Below, piece by piece: positions 29,553-40,866 of a stretch of 64,000 nucleotides of DNA. The DNA is from Staphylococcus phage vB_Sau_P68. The position numbers and the translations under genes are program-made. The notes below the pieces were generated by a model. It saw nothing but the letters and a program-made list of their open reading frames with translations. It made no database searches and was not told the origin of the DNA. Each line of letters opens with the position of its first letter. Position 1 is the stretch's first letter. The stretch lies in sequence record OL741057.1; one strand, 5' to 3'.

Positions 29553-30927
29553 ATGGCATATTAATACCTATAATTCTCGTAACATATTGTGTTTTAGGAC
29601 TCTGTATAGCACCTTCGTCTATAGTCCATGTTGAGCCTTTAAATTTTATACCTAATCTATAAAACTCTGTGATAGGTGGTTTAGTAGCTGTTCTATCTCC
29701 TGATACGAATGTTCCCGAACAAACACATATGTTACTACCATCTAAATAAAATTTATGGCAAATAGTACCTGCATCGTCACTACCTTTAGTTTTCTCTACA
29801 GTTTTATACTTAATATATATTTCAACATAGGAGTAATTACTTATATCATCTGCTAATTTCTTGGAAATCCCAGTAGAAGAAAATGCTTGTGCCCCAGTCC
29901 ATAATTCTTTATAGGAAGGAGAAGCTTTAGGGGTAGTCCAATTACCACTAGTTACTGAACCTGTAACATTTCTACCGTCAGTACCTACTGCAGTGTATAC
30001 ACCGTGAAAACTAGAAGTGTCAGGAGTATCTGACATGAATAATCCTCGACAACTATTAGGCATAGGTGAACCTGTAACACCGCCTTGAACATAGAATGTA
30101 AAAGTAGTTTGCCCTGTACTATCAACATGGTCTAAAACAGCTTGTTGGAATGTCTTATTACCACTTGCGTATACTAGTAAAGGGAAGGAAGCTCTACCAT
30201 CCTCTTGAATACTTGATAATAAATATTTTTCCATATCTTTTGGTTCTAACTCTTTTTTCCATTCATTATATGAACCTGAAGGTTTTTTAGTACTTACATA
30301 CTCTTTACCAGTGTCAGGGTCTGTTAATCTAGCTAATCTATTATCATTAGCATCTATATTTAATTCTAAGAACCCTGAATCCACTCCATCAGGCATACCT
30401 CCGGTCATACCTGTTACAAAGTATACCCCCGGAGAAGTTAAATCTTCTACGTTAGAACCCATTATAACAGAATTTTTATTACTTGGAAGTCCTTGAATAA
30501 ATTGCCATTCTGAGCTTGAATTTCCTGAAACATATCTATACACTGTTTTAATTTGGTTATTATTAGTGGATAAGGTATATAAGTGTTGCACTACACTAGT
30601 AGAAGAATCCAAGGGTAGTACTTGTAGTACTACATTCAACGACTCAATATCAGGTTTATCTGATAGTGTTGCTAGTGTTCTTGCATTAACGTAATAGTAA
30701 CCTGGCTCTTTTATGTCCTTAAGAGTAGTTATATTTCCATAGGCTTTAGCTAGTCCTTTGTCGTCTGTTAACTTAACTCTCTGTGACTTATTAAAATTAT
30801 ATACTAAGTCATCTGTAATGTCAAATATATTTCTTTCCTTTGTTAATTCTTCCCCAATGTTATTGACCTGAATCGTCAGGTCTTTAATAACATTGTTATC
30901 GGTTATTGTGTTAAAATTTAATGCCAT
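29551..30927 (-). CDS. receptor-binding/tail fibre protein 2 (458 aa)
   Basis: Position in the tail module. Its C-terminus ...TRIIGINMP is shared with the 639-aa RBP. Confidence 0.5.
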   Translation of the reverse strand: MALNFNTITDNNVIKDLTIQVNNIGEELTKERNIFDITDDLVYNFNKSQRVKLTDDKGLAKAYGNITTLKDIKEPGYYYVNARTLATLSDKPDIESLNVVLQVLPLDSSTSVVQHLYTLSTNNNQIKTVYRYVSGNSSSEWQFIQGLPSNKNSVIMGSNVEDLTSPGVYFVTGMTGGMPDGVDSGFLELNIDANDNRLARLTDPDTGKEYVSTKKPSGSYNEWKKELEPKDMEKYLLSSIQEDGRASFPLLVYASGNKTFQQAVLDHVDSTGQTTFTFYVQGGVTGSPMPNSCRGLFMSDTPDTSSFHGVYTAVGTDGRNVTGSVTSGNWTTPKASPSYKELWTGAQAFSSTGISKKLADDISNYSYVEIYIKYKTVEKTKGSDDAGTICHKFYLDGSNICVCSGTFVSGDRTATKPPITEFYRLGIKFKGSTWTIDEGAIQSPKTQYVTRIIGINMP

Positions 30928-30933
30928 TGGCTA

Positions 30934-31299
30934 TTACCCCTTCTGTTTCATTAATTGTTCTAGAAGTTTTTTTATTTCATCCATTTCGGCTTTTAGTTTA
31001 TCATAGTCTTCTTTAGATACTGTTTCTTCTTTTTCAACTTCTGTAAAAGAACCACTTTCCATTTCACTATAATCAGGTACATAATCTTTATTTTCGATTA
31101 CTTCCTGAGGTTTATCGTAATAGAGGTATCTATCTAAAGAAAAGTTATCAAAGAAATATGGAGGAAGTATCTCTCTACTAATTTTAATCTGCCCGAAATC
31201 TTCATCATAGCCTCCATATGTTGTATAACCTGTAATATATTTTTTGTCTCTCAAGTGTAATACTATTTCATCTGAACCTATGTCATATTTTACTACCAT
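30934..31299 (-). CDS. small coiled-coil protein (121 aa), possible tail fibre assembly factor
   Basis: It lies between the two RBP genes and has a C-terminal coiled coil (KEDYDKLKAEMDEIKKLLEQL). Confidence 0.4.
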   Translation of the reverse strand: MVVKYDIGSDEIVLHLRDKKYITGYTTYGGYDEDFGQIKISREILPPYFFDNFSLDRYLYYDKPQEVIENKDYVPDYSEMESGSFTEVEKEETVSKEDYDKLKAEMDEIKKLLEQLMKQKG

Positions 31300-31312
31300 T
31301 TAGTTTCTCTCC

Positions 31313-33232
31313 TTATATTGAATTAATACCTATAATACGGTATATTTTTATTCTCTCTTCTTCTGCCCAAGAAGCTACTTTAACTGTATTAGTGTCTCCA
31401 TCTAGTGTTACTGATTTAGACATACCAGGTTTAACAGATGTCTTGGTAGGGAATGTACAATAGCCCTCGAAAAAGTCTATATTAGCGGATGTACTATTAT
31501 TTCCTACGTTGAAGTCTCTAATATACATAATTTCATTTACTAAATTAAATCTCTTAATTGATTGATGTCCGGCGGCACGAGTCCAATAAGAAACTTCAAA
31601 TAAATCATAGTTATCTATAGAGTCATTTAATGGTATAGTATCGGAAGATGCAAAATCAAGCGTACCTTCCCATAATAGTGTAGCTGTTTCTTCTTGTCTT
31701 AGAGGTTTCCATCCTTGGTTGTGTCCTCCATAATAGAGGATGTAGTTTAAACCTTCACTATCTGTAAGTTGTACATTAATAAATTTATTAGTACTATTTG
31801 GGTCTCCTTTGTCATAGTCTACTTGTATCGTACCTCTTATAGAACGGTTTCTAGGTGTACCTTCAATAGTACTTTGACAATAAAAAGTATGGAATCCTTG
31901 TGGTACTGTCATAATTAAGTCTTTAAGTGTTAGGTCTCCTACATTATCTTTAAACCACGCATACTTAAAATAGTTATCCGTATTTATATCTGAAGTATAA
32001 TTATTTAAGATTGATTGTTCATCGACATTCTCTATCCAATTAGACCATATTTCATCATATTGTACTTTATCATCTCTATGTGTTATGAAAGGTGTAGCTT
32101 TATTACCTTTTTCTAATTTAGGTAAAGCATAGTAACCTATCATATCTGTTCCTGTTCCTGAGTTAACAGTAGTAATACGCATAGCAGTTGCTATATACTT
32201 AGCTTCTGTTACAGGAGGTACTGTAGCTGTTACTGTTATTCTCTGCCATTCTTTTTCTTTTAAATCTGCTTTATAATAATTAGAACTTTGGATGGAACTA
32301 TTAACATCTAACATTTCATCAGTGTATTTATTTATTTGAATGTAAAATCCATTCTCTTTCATTGCTTCTAAGTTAGGTACATACAAGTAAGTAGAGAATG
32401 TTAATTCTTCTCCTGGTTGTACATCCTTACCTATTTCCAGTCCTCTACTTCTAATAATAGGGTATCTCCCATTATCATTATTAGTTACTCTACCTGTTTT
32501 ATACCCTTCGAAGCTTATATCGTTTGTAATTGAGGTATCAGATGAATTTATTGTATCCCAATACCAATTACTACTTCTCGAACTCCACGGTTTTAGATTG
32601 TATTGTGTTTCTTCAAATAAGCTATCTCTTAATAAGTTAGGATTTTGTTCTTGTACTGGTAGTCTTCTTATCATCTTGAAAGTTGAAGTGGAATTAACAG
32701 GGTTAAATTCTACTAAAGAAGAAATACCATTTTTACTTTCTTTATAGGTAACCCAACCTGTATCTAAGTCTTCTTGTGGTGGGTTAACTAAAGTTGCGTA
32801 TTGTGTTGTAGATTCAGAAAGCTCTTTTACATTAAGTGTATTACCTTCTTCATATAAGCTACCATTGTCTAATTTTACTTTTTTCCATTCAGTTTTAGCA
32901 TCTCCCATGTAATTAAGAAGAAACAATGTATTATGATTATAAGGTATAAAAGTAATTTGTTGATAGGAAGAATCTTTTTTATTTATTATCAAGTATCCAT
33001 TTCTTGTTGTTGTTCCCCCCTTGTCAGGTAGTGTATCATAAGGGGAATTAGTTGCTCTAACAATATAATAACTTCCTGAAGGTAAGGTTAGATTATATAA
33101 ATCTGTATTATATATTGTTTTTATGTTATCTTGGGCTATTTCTTCTTTTAAAAAGTTACCTATATCATTAACCTTAGGGTACATATCTTTTAACTTTTGT
33201 GATTCAGTAAGAGGCGTATATTCAAATGCCAT
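31313..33232 (-). CDS. receptor-binding/tail fibre protein 1 (639 aa)
   Basis: Position and size. Its C-terminus ...YRIIGINSI is shared with the 458-aa RBP. Confidence 0.5.
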   Translation of the reverse strand: MAFEYTPLTESQKLKDMYPKVNDIGNFLKEEIAQDNIKTIYNTDLYNLTLPSGSYYIVRATNSPYDTLPDKGGTTTRNGYLIINKKDSSYQQITFIPYNHNTLFLLNYMGDAKTEWKKVKLDNGSLYEEGNTLNVKELSESTTQYATLVNPPQEDLDTGWVTYKESKNGISSLVEFNPVNSTSTFKMIRRLPVQEQNPNLLRDSLFEETQYNLKPWSSRSSNWYWDTINSSDTSITNDISFEGYKTGRVTNNDNGRYPIIRSRGLEIGKDVQPGEELTFSTYLYVPNLEAMKENGFYIQINKYTDEMLDVNSSIQSSNYYKADLKEKEWQRITVTATVPPVTEAKYIATAMRITTVNSGTGTDMIGYYALPKLEKGNKATPFITHRDDKVQYDEIWSNWIENVDEQSILNNYTSDINTDNYFKYAWFKDNVGDLTLKDLIMTVPQGFHTFYCQSTIEGTPRNRSIRGTIQVDYDKGDPNSTNKFINVQLTDSEGLNYILYYGGHNQGWKPLRQEETATLLWEGTLDFASSDTIPLNDSIDNYDLFEVSYWTRAAGHQSIKRFNLVNEIMYIRDFNVGNNSTSANIDFFEGYCTFPTKTSVKPGMSKSVTLDGDTNTVKVASWAEEERIKIYRIIGINSI

Positions 33233-33391
33233 CTATTTGTCTCCTCTCTCTTTCTTTAATTCATTAAGAAGTCTATCAACTTCATTAATCTTTTCTTTAT
33301 ATGTTTTTTCTAATTCCTTAATTGATTTCTCTTCAACTGTAGGTATAAATAATTTAGCTTGAGAGTAAGGGTCTCTAACTTCTCTAGGCAT
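33233..33391 (-). CDS. small coiled-coil protein (52 aa, MPREVRDPYSQAKLFIPTVEEKSIKELEKTYKEKINEVDRLLNELKKERGDK), below the ORF-track size cutoff
   Basis: ATG at 33391 with an AAGGAGAG RBS. The stop TAG abuts the ATG of the downstream RBP gene. It sits just after the terminator of the upstream gene. Confidence 0.5.
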   Translation of the reverse strand: MPREVRDPYSQAKLFIPTVEEKSIKELEKTYKEKINEVDRLLNELKKERGDK

Positions 33392-33395
33392 ATAA

Positions 33396-33428
33396 ATCTC
33401 TCCTTATTAAATAAAGAGGGGTCAATCA
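33396..33428 (-). terminator. rho-independent terminator (AGAGGGGUUGAUUGACCCCUCU followed by UUAUUU)
   Basis: Inverted repeat agagggg/cccctct just downstream of the 1158-aa gene stop. Confidence 0.55.
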
Positions 33429-33439
33429 ACCCCTCTAGT

Positions 33440-36400
33440 TTATTCATCCCTAGTAGTAACCATAAGTCTACGAACACGAGGACGTAAAAAGCTATTTTCA
33501 GTTGATAAATCTAATCTAACCTGTAGTTTAGTATTTGTTCCTGATGATTTTACTTTTTCATCAATAGTGTATCGTGTAAATTCATTGTTAGCTCTAGTAG
33601 TTGTGGCAGGTTTAGTAAATGTATTCCAAGTTTTACCATCATCTGCAGAGTATTTAGGAACTACCTTAGTACCTCTAGGTAAGAAAGCTTCATAACTAAA
33701 TCTTATTGTGTTATAAGGTGCTTCAGTCATATCAATAGCTCTTCCTATATAAGAACCTGTAAGCTCTGTTAAGAATGTAGTGAATGTTAAATCACTAGAA
33801 CTCATTAATGGTGAGATATATCTATTTGATTCAAATGTTGCTCTTAATTTAACTTGTCTTGCTAAACCTAAAACATCTAAGTCTTGATAGTTACCAACAG
33901 GTTGCCAATTTAATTGGTCAAATGTTGTAGATGATGCCATATCATCTAAAATTATTTTCATTTCCCAATTACATCCTGTTCTTTCAGGTGTTAAGTACGT
34001 AGACATAAGAACTATTCTATCTGCAGACACATCTTTAATTGGTTCAAACTCAATTGTAGCTGTTTCATTAAATTTAGAAGTATAAATACCAAATTTAAGG
34101 TCAGAGTTTTGATGAGGAGTCCATGTTGATGCGTTTGATGAACTGAATAGTACACCTTGTAGGTAAGGGTTACCGGAAATTACTTCATTAGGCTTATCAA
34201 TCTTAGGCTTAGTTCTAGTACCTACCCACATTGTGTAATCACTGTTCTCAGTGATAATAACAATAGCGTATTCCTTACCGCCCTCAGCCATCATAGGGTC
34301 ATCAAAGTATACTCTAGTTTCAGCACTAGCATTATTAGATACCTTAATATCATCCGCATTCATAACTGTCTCTGCGTAGATTGTTTTATTAGGATAACCT
34401 TGGTCACCCATACCTCTAATTTGGATAACAACGTTAGATTGCTTATCTCCTTTAGAAGCAAAATATAAACCTAATGATGATATAGTTCTGTTTTCATCAT
34501 ATTGGAATGACTGTGCTAATGGGTCTACTAAGTTTACTGTTACACGAGTTCTAATAATAATATCTTGAACGATTTTTTTACGTCCTTGTGCTGTATAAGT
34601 TGTAGCACTTGTAGAGTTAGCATTTTTAAGTGTAACTTCTCGGTTACCACAACGGATACCTGCAGGAATAGTAAATGTACCTTTAGCTGTACCTTTAGCA
34701 TCTGTCATAATAGTTCCATCTTCAGAACCTTTTCTATAGCCAGTTGCAGGAGTAATAGGGCATCTTACACCATCGAATAATAGGTACAAGTTATTATCAT
34801 TAGGGTTTAAACCTTTAACTTCAAAAGATACGTCTCTAATTCTAATAAATTCAATCATTTCTTCTAAAGTACGTTGTCCTCCTGAAGTAAGCATTGTTCC
34901 TGTTCGTCCGTATTTTGTATCATAACGATAGGCTTCACCTGCATTGGATTGCATATTACCCCATTTTTGTCCGGCATCTAATTGTAAGTTATTATAAAGC
35001 ATTTGCTCTGTTTCACCGAAGTAACTTTCGTTATGTCTCCAAAATCGTTTCATTGTTACTTTCTTAGTTTTTTGTTCTGTTATTGTTACATTTTCTGTAT
35101 CAATCCAGTTATCCTCACTAGGAGTTAATTTCAATACACCTTGTTTATTAGGGATATTATAAGGGTTAACGTTTAATGCTTCTGATGCTTGCCCTTGATA
35201 AATAGTACGCTCTTCTGTAAATGGTGCGGATATTAATCTACCCCAAACATGAGCTGTTGTATCTCCAGGTATAATCTTAGGTTGATTTACTGCTTCTGTG
35301 TACGCTAAAGTAGCTTCTGCATCTTCAAAACTAAATACAACACCAAAGTCAGGATGTGTAATATCTGATTTATCAAGACTAATGAAACCTTCACTAAATA
35401 CTGAACGTAAGTGTAATGGGTTTTGTCCTTCCATAGCACCATCATCAAGAGCGTTAACTGCCTCATTATACTCTAAGTTATCTACTCTTGTTTTAACTTT
35501 CTGTAAGTCTTCCATAGATAATCTAGTAATTGCAAATGAAATACAAACTGCTTCATCTGAATCAGGTAATACTGTAACTGTACCTAACTGTAGGTTCTCA
35601 GGGTCATTATTAAGAGGTGGAGTAACCAATCTCATAATATTTGGCTCACCTGGTAATATTGCAATGTCACCGTATTGGTTAATAAATACAGAATCTTTAC
35701 GAGCTAAATAGTAGGTATAATCTACTAATACTACTGTTTGGTCAATAGGTTTAACTCCATTTGAAGTGGTGAAATTAATATACCATCTCTTACCTAAACC
35801 TTCACCTTGGGTTGTTACTTCATAGTCCGTTCCAACTTCCATACGTTTATTATATTTATATGATACATAATATGAAGTACCTCCGCTAGGTTCTTGTCCT
35901 TGAGGAGACCAATCAATTGTTTGACCGTCTGTTAGTCTAAAGTCTTCTCCCTGTACATATTCTTTTGTTGTTTGTCCTGGGCTTGTTTCCGTCCAAACTT
36001 TTACAATTTCAAATGCTGTGTTATTGGATAAGTAGTCTTGACCGTCCCCTGTTGAACCTCTCGTAACACGTTCTTTCTCAACAAGTACTTGCCCTGTAAC
36101 ACGTTTTATTTCTTTTACTGGGCTATTAGCTAAACTAATAGAGTTATTAGATTTATTAAATATTGTACTTTCATTTTCTGCTGTACCCAAGTCATAAGAT
36201 TTTGGTACACTAATTCTTGTTGATACTGGTTTATCTACTTTAAAACCTTTTACATACGCTTTACCTGCATCTACAACTACAGACACATGGTCATCAGATT
36301 CAGCATTTCCTTCTGAGAATAACTCAAAGCCACTTACTTTATATGAACCTGACTCATCATAAGTACGTTCAGCTAACACTTTATTGATTTTCTCCATTTC

Positions 36401-36916
36401 AGCGTTAGTTGATTGGATGTATAAGTCACCATCCATAAAGGTATAAATAGTTGCTGATGTAGGGTCATTAACTGTCAATGTCATCTTTTCTTCTAGTCTA
36501 TCTGCACCTTTAGAGAAGTAACTTGGTACTCCACTAGTTTGGTCTAGTAAACTAGCATCCTCATCAGGTGTTATAATACGTTCTGTTAACTTAATACCTA
36601 TTGTTTCTTTACCTACACCAGTTATTTTAACTGAGTCATCATTGTCATAATATCTTATTTTACCGTTGATATATACATAACCAGGGTTTATTGTGACTAC
36701 ATTATCTTGAGATAATGTAAATCCGAGTCCTGATTGTTTATCCCCATCTTTAAAGATAGCGTCTCCTAGATTTTTTAAATAATATTGGTCTATAGACTGC
36801 ATTTCATTTAATTCTGCCTGTTGTAGAGGTCTATCAGGATTAAATAATACTTTTGTTCTATCTTTAGATGGGTCAAATCTATCTAAATAAGGTGAACCTT
36901 TAAAATTAATTGCCAT
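33440..36916 (-). CDS. large adsorption-associated tail/baseplate protein (1158 aa)
   Basis: The size and position match the adsorption-associated tail protein of Twort-like phages. The sequence is beta-rich and repetitive. Confidence 0.55.
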   Translation of the reverse strand: MAINFKGSPYLDRFDPSKDRTKVLFNPDRPLQQAELNEMQSIDQYYLKNLGDAIFKDGDKQSGLGFTLSQDNVVTINPGYVYINGKIRYYDNDDSVKITGVGKETIGIKLTERIITPDEDASLLDQTSGVPSYFSKGADRLEEKMTLTVNDPTSATIYTFMDGDLYIQSTNAEMEKINKVLAERTYDESGSYKVSGFELFSEGNAESDDHVSVVVDAGKAYVKGFKVDKPVSTRISVPKSYDLGTAENESTIFNKSNNSISLANSPVKEIKRVTGQVLVEKERVTRGSTGDGQDYLSNNTAFEIVKVWTETSPGQTTKEYVQGEDFRLTDGQTIDWSPQGQEPSGGTSYYVSYKYNKRMEVGTDYEVTTQGEGLGKRWYINFTTSNGVKPIDQTVVLVDYTYYLARKDSVFINQYGDIAILPGEPNIMRLVTPPLNNDPENLQLGTVTVLPDSDEAVCISFAITRLSMEDLQKVKTRVDNLEYNEAVNALDDGAMEGQNPLHLRSVFSEGFISLDKSDITHPDFGVVFSFEDAEATLAYTEAVNQPKIIPGDTTAHVWGRLISAPFTEERTIYQGQASEALNVNPYNIPNKQGVLKLTPSEDNWIDTENVTITEQKTKKVTMKRFWRHNESYFGETEQMLYNNLQLDAGQKWGNMQSNAGEAYRYDTKYGRTGTMLTSGGQRTLEEMIEFIRIRDVSFEVKGLNPNDNNLYLLFDGVRCPITPATGYRKGSEDGTIMTDAKGTAKGTFTIPAGIRCGNREVTLKNANSTSATTYTAQGRKKIVQDIIIRTRVTVNLVDPLAQSFQYDENRTISSLGLYFASKGDKQSNVVIQIRGMGDQGYPNKTIYAETVMNADDIKVSNNASAETRVYFDDPMMAEGGKEYAIVIITENSDYTMWVGTRTKPKIDKPNEVISGNPYLQGVLFSSSNASTWTPHQNSDLKFGIYTSKFNETATIEFEPIKDVSADRIVLMSTYLTPERTGCNWEMKIILDDMASSTTFDQLNWQPVGNYQDLDVLGLARQVKLRATFESNRYISPLMSSSDLTFTTFLTELTGSYIGRAIDMTEAPYNTIRFSYEAFLPRGTKVVPKYSADDGKTWNTFTKPATTTRANNEFTRYTIDEKVKSSGTNTKLQVRLDLSTENSFLRPRVRRLMVTTRDE

Positions 36917-36936
36917 TTAGAATTATCTTCCTTTCC

Positions 36937-37473
<537 letters not shown>

Positions 37474-37531
37474 TCATCTGTTGTTTTCTTTATTAATATA
37501 ACATGGTATACCCACTAAATATTACTTTTTA

Positions 37532-37560
37532 AGTATACCATATTATTAACTTTCTGTCAA
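37532..37560 (-). promoter_or_regulatory. sigma-A-like promoter TTGACA-17-TATACT
   Basis: tgtcaa at 37555-37560 and agtata at 37532-37537. The inverted repeat ggtatac...gtatacc overlaps the -10. Confidence 0.5.
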
Positions 37561-37565
37561 CTTAT

Positions 37566-39785
37566 TTATTCATTAATTGTAATTTCTGTATCGGTATCTA
37601 CTACTTTAATTCTGTTATCTATATTGAGGGACTCTGTTGTTAGTAACTCGTCTTTAAGCTCACTTATTAACCTACTAGAACCTAAAGTCAATGGTTCAGT
37701 ATATTTATTTAGAGTATAAGACAATTTATCTAAGTCAGTATAGGTATCTGTATTTAAGAGTGTAGCTCTAATAACTTCCCCAGTAGCACCATCGAATACT
37801 CCACCCTCAGTATCTTTAACTATTTTCATAGAACCAAAATTTATGTCTGTTAACTTATCTATATCTTGCCATACAGCATTAAAATAGTTGTTAGACATAT
37901 TTGATAAAGAGCCTTCTTTATTATTAAGTTCCCCTAATTTAACATTCCAAATAGAACGTAACGATACATTTGACATTGGGTTTATATTAGAATAATCTAC
38001 TGTTTGTAATCCATATAAATCTATTAATATATTAGGTATTATAGTTTCACCCTCAGGGATTTCAGTTAATTTTGTCAGTTCTTCCCAGGAGTCACCATAA
38101 TAAGAATATTCAAATTTAATATTCGAAATTAAAGTGTCACTATTTAATACAAAATTGTGTATATTAGTTTTTACGTTACCATATGATAATATAAAACTAT
38201 TAAGGTCGTCTTTTAAAATAATGCTTGAGATACTATCCGTATTATTGTCTGTGGTAATAATTTCTATATGATTACTGAAGTTATCAATATCTCCCGATAC
38301 TCTTAAATACCCGATAGGTTGGAACCCTGATTTAGATATAATATCTCCGTTATTCAAGGAAGCTATTTTAAATGCTTCTACATAAGCCTCTCTAGTTATG
38401 TCTAAATAATTTTCTACTATTGCTCTATACGGTTTTATTGTATAAACATTTCTTTCATAGTAGTAGAACATTAAATCTACATAGTTAACTTTAATATCTA
38501 CGGAATCTCTTCTACCTGCATTAATTTCTAGTCTAGTAAACATATTTAGTTCATTGTTTAAGTAATCTTTTACATAACCAATATTACTGCCTATATTTTC
38601 CTCATAGAAAGATAGATTATTAATTGATACTGTAAGCCATCTATCAATAGAGAAATCATAAACTTGTAATTTAATTTCTATACTTTCATCGGGAGGTATT
38701 ACTGCACTAAGATAGTAATCAATACTTAATTCTTTAATATAATCTGATACTATCTTTCTTGACTCATCTGATTGTATATCTACTTGAGGTCTATATTTAC
38801 TCATATAGTCCCTAAAATTAAAGTTATTATACAAGTAAGATACACCTGATGATGTCTGCATCTCAAGTTCTACGGTGTTATTATTTCGTACACCAGTGTA
38901 CATATAGTAGTCATATGGTACTTCCTGACCTCTTCCGTTTGTACTAGCACTTATTTGGTTTACTGATGATGTCATATCCGGATTATAGGTATAAGAAGTT
39001 GTATAACCATAGTTAACATACTGTCTACCTATACTAGAAGAGCCTGCTAGAACATCTGAACTATTTATTAAGCTATGGTTCGTTTTAAATATGTCTGAGG
39101 AGCTATTATCACTATCTTTACTCTCATTCATATTAATGTGACCATAAAAAGTATCATCATATCCTATAAATCTTTCGTATTCTTGGTATGTTTCTATTTT
39201 AGGTAGTCCATCCAACCATTTAATGATTGACCCGCCTCTAATAGTAGAAGCCCCATCATAAGTAACATACAATGTTACACCTGCAGGTTTGAACTCATTA
39301 ATTACATCTATAATCTCTACAGGGAAGTAATCACCTATAGAAACGTTAATAACAGCAAATCTATAGTAGTACCCCATTAAGTGGTCTTCACCATTTAAAT
39401 GTGATTTATTAGTATAAAAGATATTTGTAAAGGGTTCATATACACTAACATCAATGTCATCTTTACCTAAATAATCTTTTATAGCCTCAATTATAGCATT
39501 ATTAGTTCCTCTTTTCAAGAGTAAATATTTTATAATCCTTGCTCTATAGTTATCATCGTTCTCATCTGTCTTTCTGTAGACACTAAACCAATCCCCAAAT
39601 TTATCCAGGTACTCACTTGTTGCTGTCTTTAAAGATGACTGTAATTTACTTTCTATTGCATCCCTCTCTACCTGATTCATTTCCTCATTAAGAGTATCAA
39701 TTAAGGCAAAGTTAGGGTCTTGATTATCTTTTTTATTTCTATTTCTTCTTAATAATGGATGAAGATTTTTTAAAAAATTAGCCAC
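37566..39785 (-). CDS. baseplate/tail fibre structural protein (739 aa)
   Basis: Large ORF directly downstream of the Baseplate_J-like gene. Confidence 0.45.
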   Translation of the reverse strand: MANFLKNLHPLLRRNRNKKDNQDPNFALIDTLNEEMNQVERDAIESKLQSSLKTATSEYLDKFGDWFSVYRKTDENDDNYRARIIKYLLLKRGTNNAIIEAIKDYLGKDDIDVSVYEPFTNIFYTNKSHLNGEDHLMGYYYRFAVINVSIGDYFPVEIIDVINEFKPAGVTLYVTYDGASTIRGGSIIKWLDGLPKIETYQEYERFIGYDDTFYGHINMNESKDSDNSSSDIFKTNHSLINSSDVLAGSSSIGRQYVNYGYTTSYTYNPDMTSSVNQISASTNGRGQEVPYDYYMYTGVRNNNTVELEMQTSSGVSYLYNNFNFRDYMSKYRPQVDIQSDESRKIVSDYIKELSIDYYLSAVIPPDESIEIKLQVYDFSIDRWLTVSINNLSFYEENIGSNIGYVKDYLNNELNMFTRLEINAGRRDSVDIKVNYVDLMFYYYERNVYTIKPYRAIVENYLDITREAYVEAFKIASLNNGDIISKSGFQPIGYLRVSGDIDNFSNHIEIITTDNNTDSISSIILKDDLNSFILSYGNVKTNIHNFVLNSDTLISNIKFEYSYYGDSWEELTKLTEIPEGETIIPNILIDLYGLQTVDYSNINPMSNVSLRSIWNVKLGELNNKEGSLSNMSNNYFNAVWQDIDKLTDINFGSMKIVKDTEGGVFDGATGEVIRATLLNTDTYTDLDKLSYTLNKYTEPLTLGSSRLISELKDELLTTESLNIDNRIKVVDTDTEITINE

Positions 39786-39805
39786 GACTTAAGTCTCACC
39801 TCTCT

Positions 39806-40852
39806 TTACTTCAATTCTACTTGTATTTCTCCTGCTCTAATAATTCCTTGTGGTGGTACTATAATGTTTTCATCTAAGTTATCAAATGCTACATCATAAA
39901 TTAATACATCATCAATATTCATTATTGCCTGTATAAGGTCTGTAATAATTAAGTCATCGGATGTTTTTAAATTATTTAAGTAACTTCTAATTACGCCTTC
40001 AATATGTCTACGTAATGTATCACCAATTCTAGATTTATTAGATATTGTTACTGTAGCAGAAACATTAACTTCTTCTTTTTCTACTCCTGTAACATCTAAC
40101 ATTATACCACTAGGTCTATAGTCTTGTAAAGCATTAGTTACATCTTCTTTTAAAGTATCTGATAAGTTACCGTTTCTATCGTGGGCGTATACAGTGATAT
40201 GACCTATTTCTTCATAAACGTAAACACCTTCAACGTCAGGTATTTGTAGAGCACCATATCGTACTGATTTATTAGTTGCTCTTCCTCTAGATTCTACGAA
40301 AGAATGGAATCTACGTTTAAAATCTTCTTGGCTTTCTTCTTTAGTACCTGTATTAAAAGATAAATCGTTATTAACACTTCTAATTAAACTAGAGCCTGAT
40401 GCTATTGTATTAATTGTTCCCTCAGGTACATTCCCTGCAACCCCTGTTTCTTTACAATATACCTCTACTACAATCTCAGTGGAATCAGGTTCTGCATAAT
40501 AATCAACTAATGTTTCAAACTGTTGCGGGTACTCTTGACGTGTTGAGGTAAAAGTTGTTCCTGCAGGTATATACATCCGCATATCTAAGGGTTGATAAAA
40601 TTGAATGGTTACATCACCATACGCTCTTTTAGATTGTCTCTTTTGAAAATCAAAAGCCTCAATAATACCTTCTTGAATACCCCAATTAATATTCTCTTTT
40701 GTTAGTATATAAAATTGCTCTATCTCTAGTGATACAGCTTCTAATAATGAACGAGAAGCTGACCCTGGTGTAAAATCTGTTATCTTACTTGTACCTGCCA
40801 TTGTCTTATCTATTAACTTCGATAGTATATTGGTTAATTTTCTAGTTTTCAT
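39806..40852 (-). CDS. baseplate J-like protein (348 aa)
   Basis: The N-terminal region resembles Baseplate_J/gp47 family proteins. It is adjacent to the LysM/gpX-like gene. Confidence 0.55.
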   Translation of the reverse strand: MKTRKLTNILSKLIDKTMAGTSKITDFTPGSASRSLLEAVSLEIEQFYILTKENINWGIQEGIIEAFDFQKRQSKRAYGDVTIQFYQPLDMRMYIPAGTTFTSTRQEYPQQFETLVDYYAEPDSTEIVVEVYCKETGVAGNVPEGTINTIASGSSLIRSVNNDLSFNTGTKEESQEDFKRRFHSFVESRGRATNKSVRYGALQIPDVEGVYVYEEIGHITVYAHDRNGNLSDTLKEDVTNALQDYRPSGIMLDVTGVEKEEVNVSATVTISNKSRIGDTLRRHIEGVIRSYLNNLKTSDDLIITDLIQAIMNIDDVLIYDVAFDNLDENIIVPPQGIIRAGEIQVELK

Positions 40853-40866
40853 AATTTAATCCTTTC

